This document shows, one piece after another, positions 24,368-37,281 of a stretch of 64,000 nt of DNA. Both the position numbers and the translations under genes were made by a program. Position 1 is the stretch's first letter. Every line of letters begins with the position of its first letter. This DNA is from Amoeboaphelidium protococcarum X5 (Eukaryota; Fungi; Aphelidiomycota): assembly GCA_023515725.1 (NCBI GenBank), contig JALDTO010000213.1:628280-692279 (forward strand). The letters run 5' to 3'. The notes under the pieces were generated by a model. It did not search any database, had not been told where the DNA came from, and saw only the letters and a program-made list of their open reading frames with translations.

Positions 24368-26137
24368 ATGATTAGAGACTTTACGATAATTCTGGTGTCA
24401 ATTAAAATGATCATGGGTAAAGCTTTGGATCTTTATGAGAATATATTACCGGAAGTGGTTAAAAGATTTGTCTCATTTAGCGTAACCTCTCTCATGCTGG
24501 CATGGGTGATGGTGTTGGCATTGTTTAACACGGAGAAGAGACAGATGAACCTCATCTCCTGCGTTCTATCTCCGTTTACTGCTGTAAAAGCATCTGTTTA
24601 GTGGATCCTGCGGGAAGTCTTTAATTTTAGAGATGAACATGATATAAGATCTATGAGAGTGTATGATTATTGCAAGCTGAATGGATACCGATGTCAGGAT
24701 TATATCGTTACCACGGATGATGGTTATTAAATACTTCTCCATCGCATTTCCCCGCCTTTGACTAAAAATGGCAGACGTACATCAGGTGGCGATCAGTAGT
24801 CTTACGATAGGCGTTCATCTACGGATAGTGGTAAACATTTATCAGATCGTAAGTATCCAGTTCTTCTAATGCATGGCCTTCTTCAGTCAGCTGGCGTGTT
24901 TGTTACCAACGGTAAGCGAAGTTTGGCTTTCTACCTGGTCGATCAAGGATTTGACGTGTGGCTTGGTAATAATCGCGGCGTGGATTTGAGCGATAAATTC
25001 ACTAAGAGCCCTGTGATAGTTTACAATTCTAATGTTGCTAAAGTTAAATCTTAATCTGATAGTGATTATTGGTAGTACACGATGGATGATCTGGCATGCT
25101 TTGATCTGCCGGCAATGGTTGATTTCGTACTGGCACAGAGTAGTAACAGTGCCGACAAGTTGCATTTTATTGGGCATAGTCAGGGTAATGCACAGGCGTA
25201 TATTGCACTAAGTTCAAAGTTCATTCACAAGTCTAAATTTGCCTCTTTTACCGCCATGGCACCTGCTGCATTTATCGGCCCACTGGTCAAATAGTGGCCT
25301 CTCTGTCTACTGATTGACGTTGCTAGTGATCCGTAGGATACACGTCTATTTCGATTCTTCTTCCGTGATGGTATGTTCATGCCTCTGTTCTGCTTTGTAC
25401 AGGACCTTCTTAATGCTAGCTTATTTACCAAGTTTAGTTACGCCATGTTTTCGTTTTTGTTCAACTGGAACGATGATATGTGGGCTGGCGGATAACAAAT
25501 GGGCACTTCAGCATATGGTTCATCTTAAAATCACGGGAATATGAAGAGCGTCTGGAAACATGGCCATTTTCAATTTACGCCTAGAAATGTTGGCTCTAGA
25601 TTAATATTACATTGGGGATAGTGCGCCAGTCGTGGTCGATTATCTCCATTTTAAAATGGTGCAGATCTGGCTCATATTAATTCTGGTGGTCGCCCGCGCA
25701 TAGATAGTCTTGACATTGATCAACTGACCAAGTACGGTGTCCTATCCTTCTCTGATAGCGTCAATGCTGCTGGATCTCAATCTAGCTTGGATGATTTGAG
25801 TAATGCTGATGTCATGTCGGTGTCATCAACTATAAGAACTTCCGGCAAGTTCGCCTCTAGATCTTACGATGTGGGGAGACTATATGATGTGCCGATGCTT
25901 CTGTTTTGGGGTGCCAAAGATTATCTAGTCGACGCGAATCCTCTAATCAAGTATCTGAGTAACGGTGCTCGGAAGGCATTTAGAAGAAAGTTGACCGCGT
26001 CCACTGAGCCCAATATTCTATATCAGTCGTGTATTGATAATTACGAACATATGGACTTTATGTGGGCCCACAATGCAGAGTAGACTGTATGGTAGCCGAT
26101 AGTGTAATGTCTGACAAAGTTGGAAAATTAGCAGTGA
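24368..26137 (+). CDS. Acid-lipase-family steryl ester hydrolase (Yeh1/Tgl1-like), about 589 aa
   Basis: VTTDDGYQILLHRI, LMHGLLQS, GFDVWLGNNRG, FDLPAMVDFV, GHSQG, YEHMDFMWA and an N-terminal hydrophobic segment. Alternative start at 24407. Confidence 0.9.
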
Positions 26138-26221
26138 TTTTAGATGCAAATATGGATAACATTTATTGTTTCGATTTTAGAAATTTAAAGCTTAGTTACT
26201 AATTATTTAAATGCAGAATTA

Positions 26222-27070
26222 TCACATAATATTTGACAGCATGCTGTTAAAATCATTCACTTCAGCCAGATCGACATCGCCATCCCTCAGATTGTCCAAC
26301 ATTGAGAAATACTAGCGAGAGACGGACGCGTCAGAAACACATCGATCCAGAATAAAATGAGCGACGTTTTACCGACTGGTGAGACCACCTCCAAGATATC
26401 TGGGCTATGCAAAGTACTTGCCAGTGAAAGTTTTATCTCTCAAACCACCAGGACGTACAATTACCCAGTCTGTTTAATCTCCAGTGGATGCTACTGAAAA
26501 ATCTTCCCTCAAATACTGTTCTTATATATTCTTATCAGCGATCAAATCAGGCACTATTTGCGTCATCACCATCTTGGCCATCCAGTTCAAGTCCTGATGC
26601 GACTCCCCACAACCAAGAGATGTTACAACTACTATTCTACGAATTGGTTCAACTTGAGACGTATTAGAATTCAATTTTTACTACTTCTCCAGTAGAGTGT
26701 TATATCGCTTCACAGCGTCATTCAAAATTCTCTGTGAACGCGAACAGAGAGCAGTAGATTTTGTGGGATCCTCCTCCACCTCGCCCACTGTATTTATTAC
26801 CACATCCACTCCTCTGATACATCTCTAAACATCTAGTTCCTTTAAACAGTTTCCGACAACAATTTCCACTCTGGACAAGAGCCTGTTTATATCATCAGTT
26901 TCCATTAAATCGGACGCGTCACGGAATTAGTTTATTGCATCCTCTATCCCTTTTACGAATTTCCTTTTAGATCTGACGAGGACTTTAAATTAAAATTCGT
27001 AGCTGAGCAGACCGAGCCTCAGAATCTATAATCCAAGCCCACCAGAGGCGCCAAATACAGCAATCTTCAT
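26222..27070 (-). CDS. NAD(P)-binding atypical SDR (flavin reductase/BLVRB-like), 282 aa
   Basis: MKIAVFGASGGLG Rossmann motif, VVVTSLGCGES, WVIVRPGGL. Absent from the supplied ORF track. Confidence 0.85.
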
Positions 27071-27316
27071 GACTTGTGGGAGACGGTAAAGCTCGTGCGT
27101 TCTTAGCTAAGCAGCTTGTTATGAGAATCAAAAGAGTCAATCTACTTGATTACCAAGGAGCACATGATTTTTTCAAAGCCCCTGAAAGCCATTAAGCTGA
27201 GTAAAATGATGAGTAAGACGTCACTATTTATGGGGGAAAGTTATAATATTATAAGCAATAAAATTCAAATAACAGAATATTCAAGGATAACTTTATCATT
27301 CAAAATAGCTGTTCCT

Positions 27317-29023
27317 TCATTCACAACTCCACATTGATAAATCGACACCTCTTCTGCAGCTGTCATGCATGATGATCCCACAGACTTGACACTACACTTT
27401 GTTCGTTGTCATTATTGTGGAATCCTTACAGACGCTGCAGACGCCACTTCTATTCTTACTCGGCAAATGGGGCGACTTATTCAATTCAGCTGCACTCAGC
27501 TCACTTGCAGAGCCAGAACTTGATAAAGTTCCAGAGTAAGAGCGCATCAGTAACTTTAAATCTTCAAAAACGCCCAATTTCTTGAATATGTGGCCATTAC
27601 GAGATATCACGAGTTTTTCATAAGATTTTATTTCTGCAGAGTCATCATTAAATACAAGCGGATTAGAGTACCTGTCGCTAGAAATGTCAGGATTAGATGC
27701 AGATGCAAAGCCAGACTACACTCCGCCTAAAGTGGCATTTCGCTTGCGACCCAAACCGAGCACTTTCTTTATGCCACTATCTTGTTACTTTAGTTAACGC
27801 GAAGTTTCCTTCAGTCTATCATGGAGAGATTCATTCGATCCACGACCTTGAATTTTCTCCCGTAATGAGTAAACCTGTTCAGGACCGCTTGCTTCTATTA
27901 CAGGATAGTCTGATTCGCCTTTAAGAGGTTCAAATGTAAGAGGGAGGACATCAACGCCAAAATTATGGAGTGTTCTCTCTGAATCGGATACACGCTTAGA
28001 TTGTTAATTGTTATTCTGATCTACAGGAAGTGGAGGGAGTGGCTTATTTATAAAGTCCATTTACTTGATGATCATCTGCTACTTCTTCTTTTTAGCAGCT
28101 ATCTTTTATTCATACTCATTTCGCATGCTGTCCAAGTCCTGTTACAATTTGGCCATGTCCCATGCATGTCGCTGAGATGAAGTTCCACTAATGGGACTAG
28201 ATGTTATCGTGGCTAGGTAGTGCTATTCGCTCGCACCCCCATTCGAATCTGAGGCTTAGTAAGACACTATTGAGCGCTCCTCTGGATCCATACCATATGC
28301 TGATATAATGTTATCCTCATTATACGGACTGTCTTCATCCGAGTTTTAATTTTCATTGATCATTAGTACATCACCATCACTCTTAGACCTTTCCATCTGA
28401 CTGGTAAACACCTAACTCGGAACCTTCCTCTTTCCATTTCTCTCGCGTTTCAGCGTGTTGTAAATGTGCGAAGCTGTACGTTGCAGATTTTCATTAGCCT
28501 CTTTACCGCAGCTACATCGCTGCGCCAAGTCCGTAATGAAGAGAATAAATTCATGAAATGTTGCCAGAAATCGCTCCAAAATCTTTCTTAGTAGTATCTT
28601 GGTCTATGCCGGACTGGACTAAATATGTAGCTACATCTAAATGCCATATACAACCTCATCTTTCCAGCACTTGACCAGCGATACTGAATGATTTCTTAAA
28701 TGTTGTTGAATCTGCTGCCTCGTTTCCTGGCCTTCAAGACTATAAATCAGAACAATCACATAACGAACGTGTCTCAGAACATTCGCCAACTCCTAAGTAG
28801 CAGCCTCCTCCCTACCATCTCTTTTCAGGGAATATATATTGCAGCGATTAACAAAAGCATTCGCAGCGAAATCAAGATTATTCAACTCTTGCTTCAACTT
28901 CTAAACTTCTTCCGGCGTCTGCTCTCGGATGGTGCTGATGAAAGTGCTCCTAGCAATATCAGGTCCTTCGCTCGTATCTGCAGTAATTTATGACTTGACA
29001 CCTATCTACTCAATTCGATTCAT
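27317..29023 (-). CDS. Uncharacterised protein with helical N-terminus, coiled coil, PxxP motif and C-terminal C1-type zinc finger, 568 aa
   Basis: One open frame under TAR=Gln; KPLPPLP; HLPSKNRSGVCSVCKDSTIMTTNKVQCQVCGIIMHDSCRRGVDLSMWSC has the C1 ligand order H-C-C-C-C-H-C-C. Confidence 0.8.
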
Positions 29024-29443
29024 ACTATATAAGTTGGCTTTTCAATAAAGGGAAAGAATATTAAGTAGCTCAATCAGACAATCACGCTTAAAAATAGCTT
29101 TGAAACAACAATCAAACTGAAGGGAAATTCAAACGTTATTCCAATGCTTTAATGAATCGATTGTGGAGTGACACAACCTTGGATAAAAAGACATTTAAAG
29201 TTTTTTGCATACTTAAAATTGAATGTCAAAGTATAAAGGCTCACTACTGATCATATTCATTTGTATCTCGAGTCTTACGTAACAAATCAATACACCTACT
29301 GGAGATGGAGTGCCCCGCTGTGACAGCCAATCAAAATGCTCTTTGAGATGAAGTGCCAATTATTAATTGAGTTAGTCTATATTTACCACTTTCTATTCAT
29401 TTTTAAACATTGATTAAACTTTCAATTAATTTTTTTATAGCCA

Positions 29444-31861
29444 ATGAATATCAAATCAGTGATAACAAAGTTGGAATAGTCAGCAGAGGGACAATGTGGC
29501 GCGAAACAGACTAGCATTCAGTCATTGAAAGCTCCGTCTGAAGTATCTCTTTTTAGCATGATGGAGCCAAATTCTCCATCCTATGATACTGCAAGTCGTC
29601 AATTACGGTTGTTAGAACCACCTTCAATGCCTTTATCGCGTGCTCTAACGCCTGAGCCAATGTACAGAGTGCGCGTTATCGAGAATATGTGGATTCCTCT
29701 GTCAGATGGAAATTGGCTGGCTGCACGCGTCTGGATGCCTGAAACATCTGGTGATAATCATGATCTATAGTAATCAGAAGAGAAATTTCCCGCTATCTTG
29801 GAGTATCTGCCTTATGGTAAGAGACATGGCACTGCGCATCGAGACGAGGAGACGTGCCATTACGTGGCAAAGTATGGTTTTATATATCTTCGAGTAGATA
29901 TTCGTGGCACTGGAGAATCTACTGGTTTAATTCATGATGAATATCTTCCTTAAGAACAAGCGGACGCGTTGGAAATTATCGAATGGATTTCCAAGTAAAG
30001 CTGGTGCTCCGGCAACGTTGGTTTAACCGGTCTGTCTTGGGGCGGATTCAATTCATTGCAGATTGCAGGTCTTCGACCGCCGGCATTAAAAGGAGTCATC
30101 GCATTGTGTTGCTCGGATAACAGATACGAGACTGATGTTCACTATTCAGGCGGCTGTCTGTTAAATGATAATGTGGCATGGGGAGCGTATATGTTGACGC
30201 ACATTTGCACTCCTCCGGATCCCGCATTAGTGGGTGACAGTTGGCGGGAAGAGTGGACCAGAAGAATTGCTAATGCACGACCGTGGCTAAAAACTTGGCT
30301 TGAACATCAGCACTATGATGAATATTGGAAGCAAGGATCCGTGTGCGAAAACTACGACTCGATCGATTGCCCCGTGCTTGCAGCCAGTGGATGGGATGAT
30401 GGTTATTGCTCAGCAATTCCGAACCTTGTCGATCGCGTCAATAATCATAGTAAACATCTAACTGTTGGATTCAACGGACCTTGGGCTCATGACTTTCCAC
30501 ATTTTGCAAATCCTGCGCCGGCAGTCGACTGGCTTGCTGAGTGTATAAAATGGTGGTCTTACTGTCTGAAGGGAGACAAGTCTATGGAAGTGGAATGGAG
30601 GAAGCGGCCAAAGTATAGTGTTTACATGCGAGCGCGTGAAGAGCCTGAAATCATTGTCAAGTACCGTCAGGGAAGATGGATTTCTATGCAAAATTAAGAA
30701 AGCCAGATGCAATCTACATCTCTCTATCTATCCCACGATAGAAAACTTGTTCAGACTTCTGACAATTTGAAAAAGAAGACTTACAAACATCTGTCTACAG
30801 GATTATCAGTCGGCATGGATTGTGGAAGATTGGGATATGGCAAAGACCCAGATTTCCCTTTGGACTAACGACATGAAGACGCGTCTTGTCTCTGCTTTGA
30901 CTCTGAGATCCTTTAATAGCGCACTGAAATTGTTGGCAGAGTCAAAGTCAATCTTTTGCTCTCATCAGAGTAAGAGCACGCATAGATTGCCGTGCGCATT
31001 TGTGATGTCGATCCTAAAACTGGGCAGAGTGTTCTGGTCACATTTGGTGTTCTGAATCTGGCACATTGTAAATCTAGTGAATATCCACAGTAGCTCATCA
31101 AGGACAAAGTTTATAAAGTGACGGTTCAGTGCGATGATGTAGCTCATGCGTTCCCTGCTGGTAATAAGATTCGCATTGGAATATCCACTTCACTTTGGCC
31201 CATCGTTTGGCCATCCGTACATCCCGCTAAAGTTAATTTGTTCACAAAATATCGCGAATCCGAATCTAAGCCTTTTCAGTATTCCCATGTTGATCTACCT
31301 GTTTACGTGGCTGGCGGAGATCCGGAGGCACAGAAAAAGTAACAGCCCAAAGTTGCTGGCCTGTATAGGGAGCCACGGTTCTCACCTCCGCTTCCTAGAA
31401 CAGAGCTGAGACAGTCAAAGTTGGGCACTCGATCCATGACGAATGATTATGTCTCTGGTATGAAGACCTTGACCATGGTGAAAGACTATGGGAATACGCG
31501 CGATGATACTAATGGAATTGAGCATGATGAGTGGACTGAAGAGATTTATCGAATCCAGGACCCGAAGCATAAATACTCAAAGAAGGATCCTCTCAGCGCC
31601 GAAGCTCAGGTGAAGTATTGTATTGAGATTGGAAGAAGTGCAGAGTGGATTGAGAAACTTAAATCCTAAGGGTAGTACGAAGCGTCTGTATAAGTCGGAA
31701 AGCAGTGGCGAACAAGGGTGGAGACTCTGACAAAGTTGAGGTCGGACAAAGACAATTTTCATCTACAAAGCACTCTGCAAGTCTTTGAGTATAATGGTGA
31801 CCAGAAGTAATTAATTCACTCTCAAGAGTGGAATGATACAATTAAAAGAACGCTAATTTGA
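29444..31861 (+). CDS. CocE/NonD-family serine hydrolase (peptidase S15, with PepX_C-like domain), bacterial-like, 805 aa
   Basis: WIPLSDGNWLAARVWMP, PAILEYLPY, RVDIRGTGESTG, nucleophile GLSWGGF, HYSGGCLL, GSVCENY, SGWDD, GPWAH, AHAFPAGNKIRIGISTSLWP. Confidence 0.92.
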
Positions 31862-31916
31862 ACCATAAACAAAAGAATGTAACAATATACTAAAGTGTAT
31901 GTATTATTCATCTTCA

Positions 31917-34088
31917 TCATTGTGCTTCATGCAGAACATCTATAAATACTTTCTACTCTTTAATCTTGAGCTACAGTAGCTGAAGTCTTTGAAATGGCGT
32001 TTAAACATCATACAATGGATTCTGATTTCGATCTGACTTTAAATCGACAAGGATGTCTTGTAATTAGCCATATTCAACACCCAGTTCACTTACGAGCTTT
32101 CTCTATGTAGATCTATTGCGCATAAATAATAAACTATTGTTCATCACCAAAATGATATTCAATACCAAGAGTGCCACAATCAATACTTTCATCACTATAC
32201 CAATCGGGAATGTAGATGCAGTCTTAGTTGATGCTTGTTGGCCATCGAGCACCTCTGCGGTAGACTCAATACCACTTTCATCAACTTCTGATACAGATTA
32301 ATCTCCTTTCGGACCAAAGGATGGCAATTGACGGAATATCTCAGTGTCTGAAGGAGACTTTGACCGAACCAGCTACCTAATACTAGCAATCAGTGCCTTA
32401 GTGTTGGCGTCTACACCATCCATGGCACCTTTATCAATCATTTTCTCCCATAAAACTTTCCTCTAAAAGTTGACAACTAACGACACTTTGAGTCGGGCAC
32501 TATTCGGAGATTCATAACTTATACAAAATCTGGACAAAGTTTCGAACGCATCACCATACGGAACAGTGGGCGTCTTGGTGCACTTTTCATACACACTCCG
32601 ATACTCTTCACGCAAGACTATAGTCTACTACTCAATACATTTATTCTTGGATGGACTTTACATCGGCAGCTTGACAGTGACAAGATAATCCAGAGATCTC
32701 TTCTAATCACTCCACTCCAAATACTCTTTTGGCAGATCAGCGCCCTGGGACTAGAAAAACTTGAAAATAAACTCGTAGCCTTCTTTATGAAAAAGCAGGG
32801 AATCTAACTGCTTAGAGTCGATTCCTCTTACAACTTCATCGGCGACGACATACTTCAAATGCGATGAGCAATTGCAACCAACAGGCTTCTAAGGAAGATT
32901 AGGATTGACCTTTGCACCACCGGGCACGTCCAGTTACTTCCCAGACACAGATTCACGCTTCTTACGATTAGATACGGTAACTCGTTTCCGGATAGCACTA
33001 CGATTAGTTAGAGCAGATTTTGCAGCATTCATCGTTCGAGATAGAGTACTCTACCTGCCATACGACTCTTGATCTGACAGAAATCCAGCCGTTGTAGAAC
33101 TGCCATTATCGCCCTGCTATCTGACAGGTTCATTCTGAATGAAAGTGCCAAGTCTCTCATTGTCGTTGTTCTAGATCTTATTACTAGACGAGACGGCTGT
33201 ACTACCCTGTGACAATGATTCTTCAAGCTATAGTACTTTCAACACTCCACCTTCTTCGCTAATAGCCGGCTTTCTTCCATTTCCAGCCAATTGTTACTGC
33301 GGTCGACCCATCGCCATAGATATGGTGAGATTCTCGTTAGAATCCAAGATCTTACTCTGTACGTAATTGATATTGTCTTGCTATTATTATTATTATTGGA
33401 TTAAATTATTAGAATCCTTTTGAGATAGAAAGTCTCTTTCCGCTAAGGATTCATTTAGAGTCTTGCCACGTTAAGTCCATGTGATCTATAGAGCATCATT
33501 CAATCGATCTACAATGTCTGCTGACTAAACAACAAATTTGTAACATTATTGCAGCAAGCCCACTTCAACAGCTAATTCCTCACCCAATTTAGAGACACTA
33601 ACTACATCTGAGAAGAGGAGACGGACATTAATTTCCTACTTCAACATCTAGCCTTTATACTACAGACACTGCGGGAATATCGCCAGTGATCCATTAAAGC
33701 AATCGCCCAATCTGATATTGACAAATTAAAACAATGGCGGCGATTATTCTCCAGATACAGATGAACTTTCCGACATTTATGCAGCTCCTTTATTTTATAA
33801 ATTTAATGGCGGAGATTAGCGTTTACTGTTATTATTATTAATAGAATAAGAAGAAGAAGAACCAGAGGGATTAGAGTTATTGATCAACACAGGGGCAGCA
33901 ATGACGTCTTATGTTTTGGCAACTGAAGCACTAGCTTTCTATTGAGGACTTCCACTTGATGAGACCAATGTATCTTTCGAACTCGACGACCTTGAGAAAG
34001 TTCTCAATTCTCTGGGTCCAGTGGGAGATGATATCCTTATCAGAGGACTATTCACAGCGTTATTGTTACTGTTTGAGCCCCTTCTCAT
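31917..34088 (-). CDS. LAM/Aster (GRAMD1)-family sterol transfer protein: GRAM/PH-like + VASt + TM + coiled coil, 723 aa
   Basis: VASt motif TKTPTVPYGDAFETLSRFCI...LKVSLVVNF, upstream PH/GRAM-like segment, C-terminal TM helix (VLIVALLVLNIILV). Confidence 0.85.
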
Positions 34089-34257
34089 ATCGACCAATAA
34101 CTACAACAACAACAACGATTGGCGTAAAAGATGGTCGAAAACAACAAAATAGCGAAAGATGAAGAGGCGAGAAACGCTGCGCTGCGTAGCGAGGAGAAAA
34201 TGGAAAATTCAGTTTCAAGATACACAGGAGTAAAACGTGTACATATTCAACAATTCA

Positions 34258-34995
34258 TCAAATTTGCTAATGATCATCAGAGAATGTGTGAAACTTCATG
34301 CAGTTGGGACATTTAATCTATTTAGATGCTTCGGATCCTTGTAGTCGCATCATGCCATCAATGCATTGCTAATGGAACTAATGACCACATCCAAGCTTGA
34401 TCAAAGGATCAGATGAACCGACATCACACCAACAGAGGTGATTATGTAAAAGCCCACACCTGTTTAACTGATTTCTTTTATGTGCCTCATCATTGTATTG
34501 AGAATCTTCAGTATCGAGTTCGTATCGGCACATGCAGCATTAGTTAGAGTGATTGAGAAGCCACTAAGAGACACAGCTCTAATGATAGATGTGACCACAA
34601 GGGAGAGCGACAGCTGTAGAGGATTTTAACGCGTCCGTACAGATTGGGCAATCGCTTGATGAAGTACTGGCAGAGATTTAATCATGATCGACGACGTGTA
34701 AAGCTGAAACGGCACTCGGTGAAGCCACAATCTTCTTTTTCGATTCTTCCATAGACTGAGTCATCACATTGTTGAGCAGTATTTATTCCCACGAGCCAGA
34801 GGGCACACCAAAGGTCATAAATGGCATCAGAGGCACTTGGAATGTGTATTATTGTTATGGCTGATCAAGATTATCGGAGGATTGCTAAGGACTGATAGGG
34901 GTTGAGACAACATTGGCCACCACGACTGGATAGAAGAATACAAATGCATTATAAGGATTTATACCAGGAGAGCTTGGATGAGTATGAGCAGACAT
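34258..34995 (-). CDS. RING-H2 E3 ubiquitin ligase (RNF181-like) with a second RING-like finger, 245 aa
   Basis: CPICTDALKSSTAVALPCGHIYHQSCVSQWLLNHSNQCCMCRYELDTED, then C...CGHQFHQQC...KCPNC. Absent from the supplied ORF track. Confidence 0.85.
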
Positions 34996-35391
34996 ATCAA
35001 ATCTATTTATTTTTGTGATAGAGTATTTAAATAAAATAAAACCTAACTTCTTACGTAATCAAATTTATACTTCTATCAACCGCAATCGAATCGAAACTTC
35101 TAGCAAATTCCACGCGAGCCGCTCTTTGATTGATTGATCATTTTATTTGATCATGACCCAAAGTCCTAAAGCATTCACCACACAAAAAACACGTTTCATC
35201 GACGAAAGACTTTTATTTACCACTGAAATTTCGTTTTAAAATGATTTAGCTTTAAAATGTCGTTTTCGGCCATAACAATTTGTTTGAGCAGTCAAATCAA
35301 AACACAAATAAAAAGCGAAAGTCCCATAATTTAACACAAAATAGAAAAGTATCAAAATACAATGAGCATGTATATATATGGTAGGATGTGA

Positions 35392-36294
35392 TCATACAAT
35401 TGAAGAGGATGAGGAGAGAGTTCTGAGCACCTTTTTGCGCGTGTGAATATATTGGAAAGCACTAGAGGCGGAAACCAGAAATCCGAGTGCGATAAAGCCG
35501 TAACCAATCGGGTCAGATCGCACGCCGCCCTTTCCAACAGTAACGCTGCCATCATCAGACAGAGAAGTCGCGCGGCCACCATTCAAAATCATGCTACCAT
35601 ACTACACTAAAATGAGACCAAATCCGGCTCTAGCACCAGCCTTTCCCGCCAGAGATCGGCTAAAGAGGAAGCATGCAAAGAAGCCAATCAACTGAAACGC
35701 CATGGTAACGATAGCAGTGAATATAAAAGTATAAGGTTTTCCAACCAATTCCAAAGCTTCGGTAGGATCAAACTCCAGTGGTTAGCCGTTTTCATCAACC
35801 AAATCAGGCATCCCAGCTCCAAATATTTAGTTGATGTTAATCACGTAAGGAGGTGCCTGATCATTAGCAGCAGATTCATAAGATGGTGGATCCTCCCGCT
35901 ATTCATCCTAAACCTGATTAACATCCGGTGTTTGATTAATATTCTACCTAGAATTCCTCGATGATTAAGGCTTTTCATTGAGATTACTAAACACGCCATC
36001 ATTATCACTCCTCATTATCACACTATTCTTCTTGTTGTGTACTTTTACATCATTAGCTGCTCTTACAGTCTAAGATGCAGCTGCATCCATTAATATTTCT
36101 TCTTCACCTTCACTGAACACATCTGCAGAATCAGCAACTTCCTCCTCATCATCATCATCATCTACATTAGAAACAGTGTCTATCGCAGTGGGGGTAAGCA
36201 GCGGCTACTCATGATTATCTGACACAGCCACATTATTATCAGATTCAATTTCCTCTGATTATTATATCACTGAATATTGCTAATTTTACGTCAT
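35392..36294 (-). CDS. BSD2: Bsd2/NDFIP-family Rsp5/Nedd4 adaptor membrane protein, 300 aa
   Basis: NDGVFSN, PY motifs PPSYESAANDQAPPY, AFQLIGFFACFL...AGKAGARAGFGLIL, three TM helices. Confidence 0.82.
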
Positions 36295-36817
36295 TTTTAA
36301 TACTGTATTTGCAATCAAAACAAAGCAGTAATTAATATTTAACGTTGTTAATGGTAGCTGTTTAGTGGGAAGAAGAAAAGCAAATGTCGTCACCTTTCGA
36401 GTCAGAGCAACAGCAGCGGATTGAATAAGCGAGATGAATGTGAGCGAGCGCCTGGCACGTCGTTGTCGCGTAAGGAGAGCAAAAGCCTGATTTGACCGTA
36501 CGTAAGCGCATGTGATTGGCTGATACGGTAATTGTCTTGAATGCAAATTTAGAAAGAGTAAGAACTTGGAAATCGCAATAAGCTTTATATAACGTTCTGC
36601 AATTTAAAGGCTCTGAATAGTACAGATGATGATGTAAATGTGCCAAATAACGTCTCCAATTTTCTGAGCATCATATAGCTACGGATCGATTTCCTAGTTT
36701 TCAAGGCAAGCATTCACTTATCTACCAAAGCTTCAGATACCTTGGATACGGTTTTTGCCTTTCCAACGGTGATCTATCTTTTTCTTTTGGGCGGCATTGT
36801 AAATGACCAGTTCAAAT

Positions 36818-37281
36818 CTAAACACGATACACCCCTATCCAATAAGCGGTGTTAATCTCCAGCCGGAAGGCCTCGCGATTCTCAAGCGAGTTTTGCTGAA
36901 ACACACGCTCGATCATCTTCGACATTTCCCATGCCTCGTAGCACCGCACACCAGAGACATCTTTCCTTCCTGCAAGCTCTGGATGAGGATGGCCTGCGCC
37001 TTCTGGTCCATCTGACGCAGAGACTTGACACATTTGATATAAGCCTTCTTATCATTGGCCGGTATCACTGCGCCCGAGTTGTCAAACTGCGCCAGCTCCA
37101 TCACCAGCAGATCATCAGCAGTGGGTAGACTGACTATTCTGTTTGACGCGTCTTATGACATCACAGCGGAAACCTCAAGCTCCTACATTTCCGTCTTCAG
37201 AGCACGAGACCAGCGCGAATGGTTCAAACCATTAAATTAGACCTTAGACTTTTTACTGTTACTAGATTGATTGTTAGACAT
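36818..37281 (-). mobile_element. Degenerate Ty1/copia-type gag remnant (frameshifted, truncated)
   Basis: VQFNGLNHSRWSRALKTEM...MDQKAQAILIQSL, a frameshift near 36945, then AWEMSKMIERVFQQNSLENREAFRLEI. This resembles the copia Gag (UBN2-type) pattern. No pol or LTR recognised. Confidence 0.65.

Noticed and set aside
36295-36800. Long open frame upstream of BSD2 and a short MPPKRKR ORF
   Set aside because: With one stop codon, long open frames arise by chance. There is no recognisable domain and the region looks like promoter (CCAAT box near 36514).
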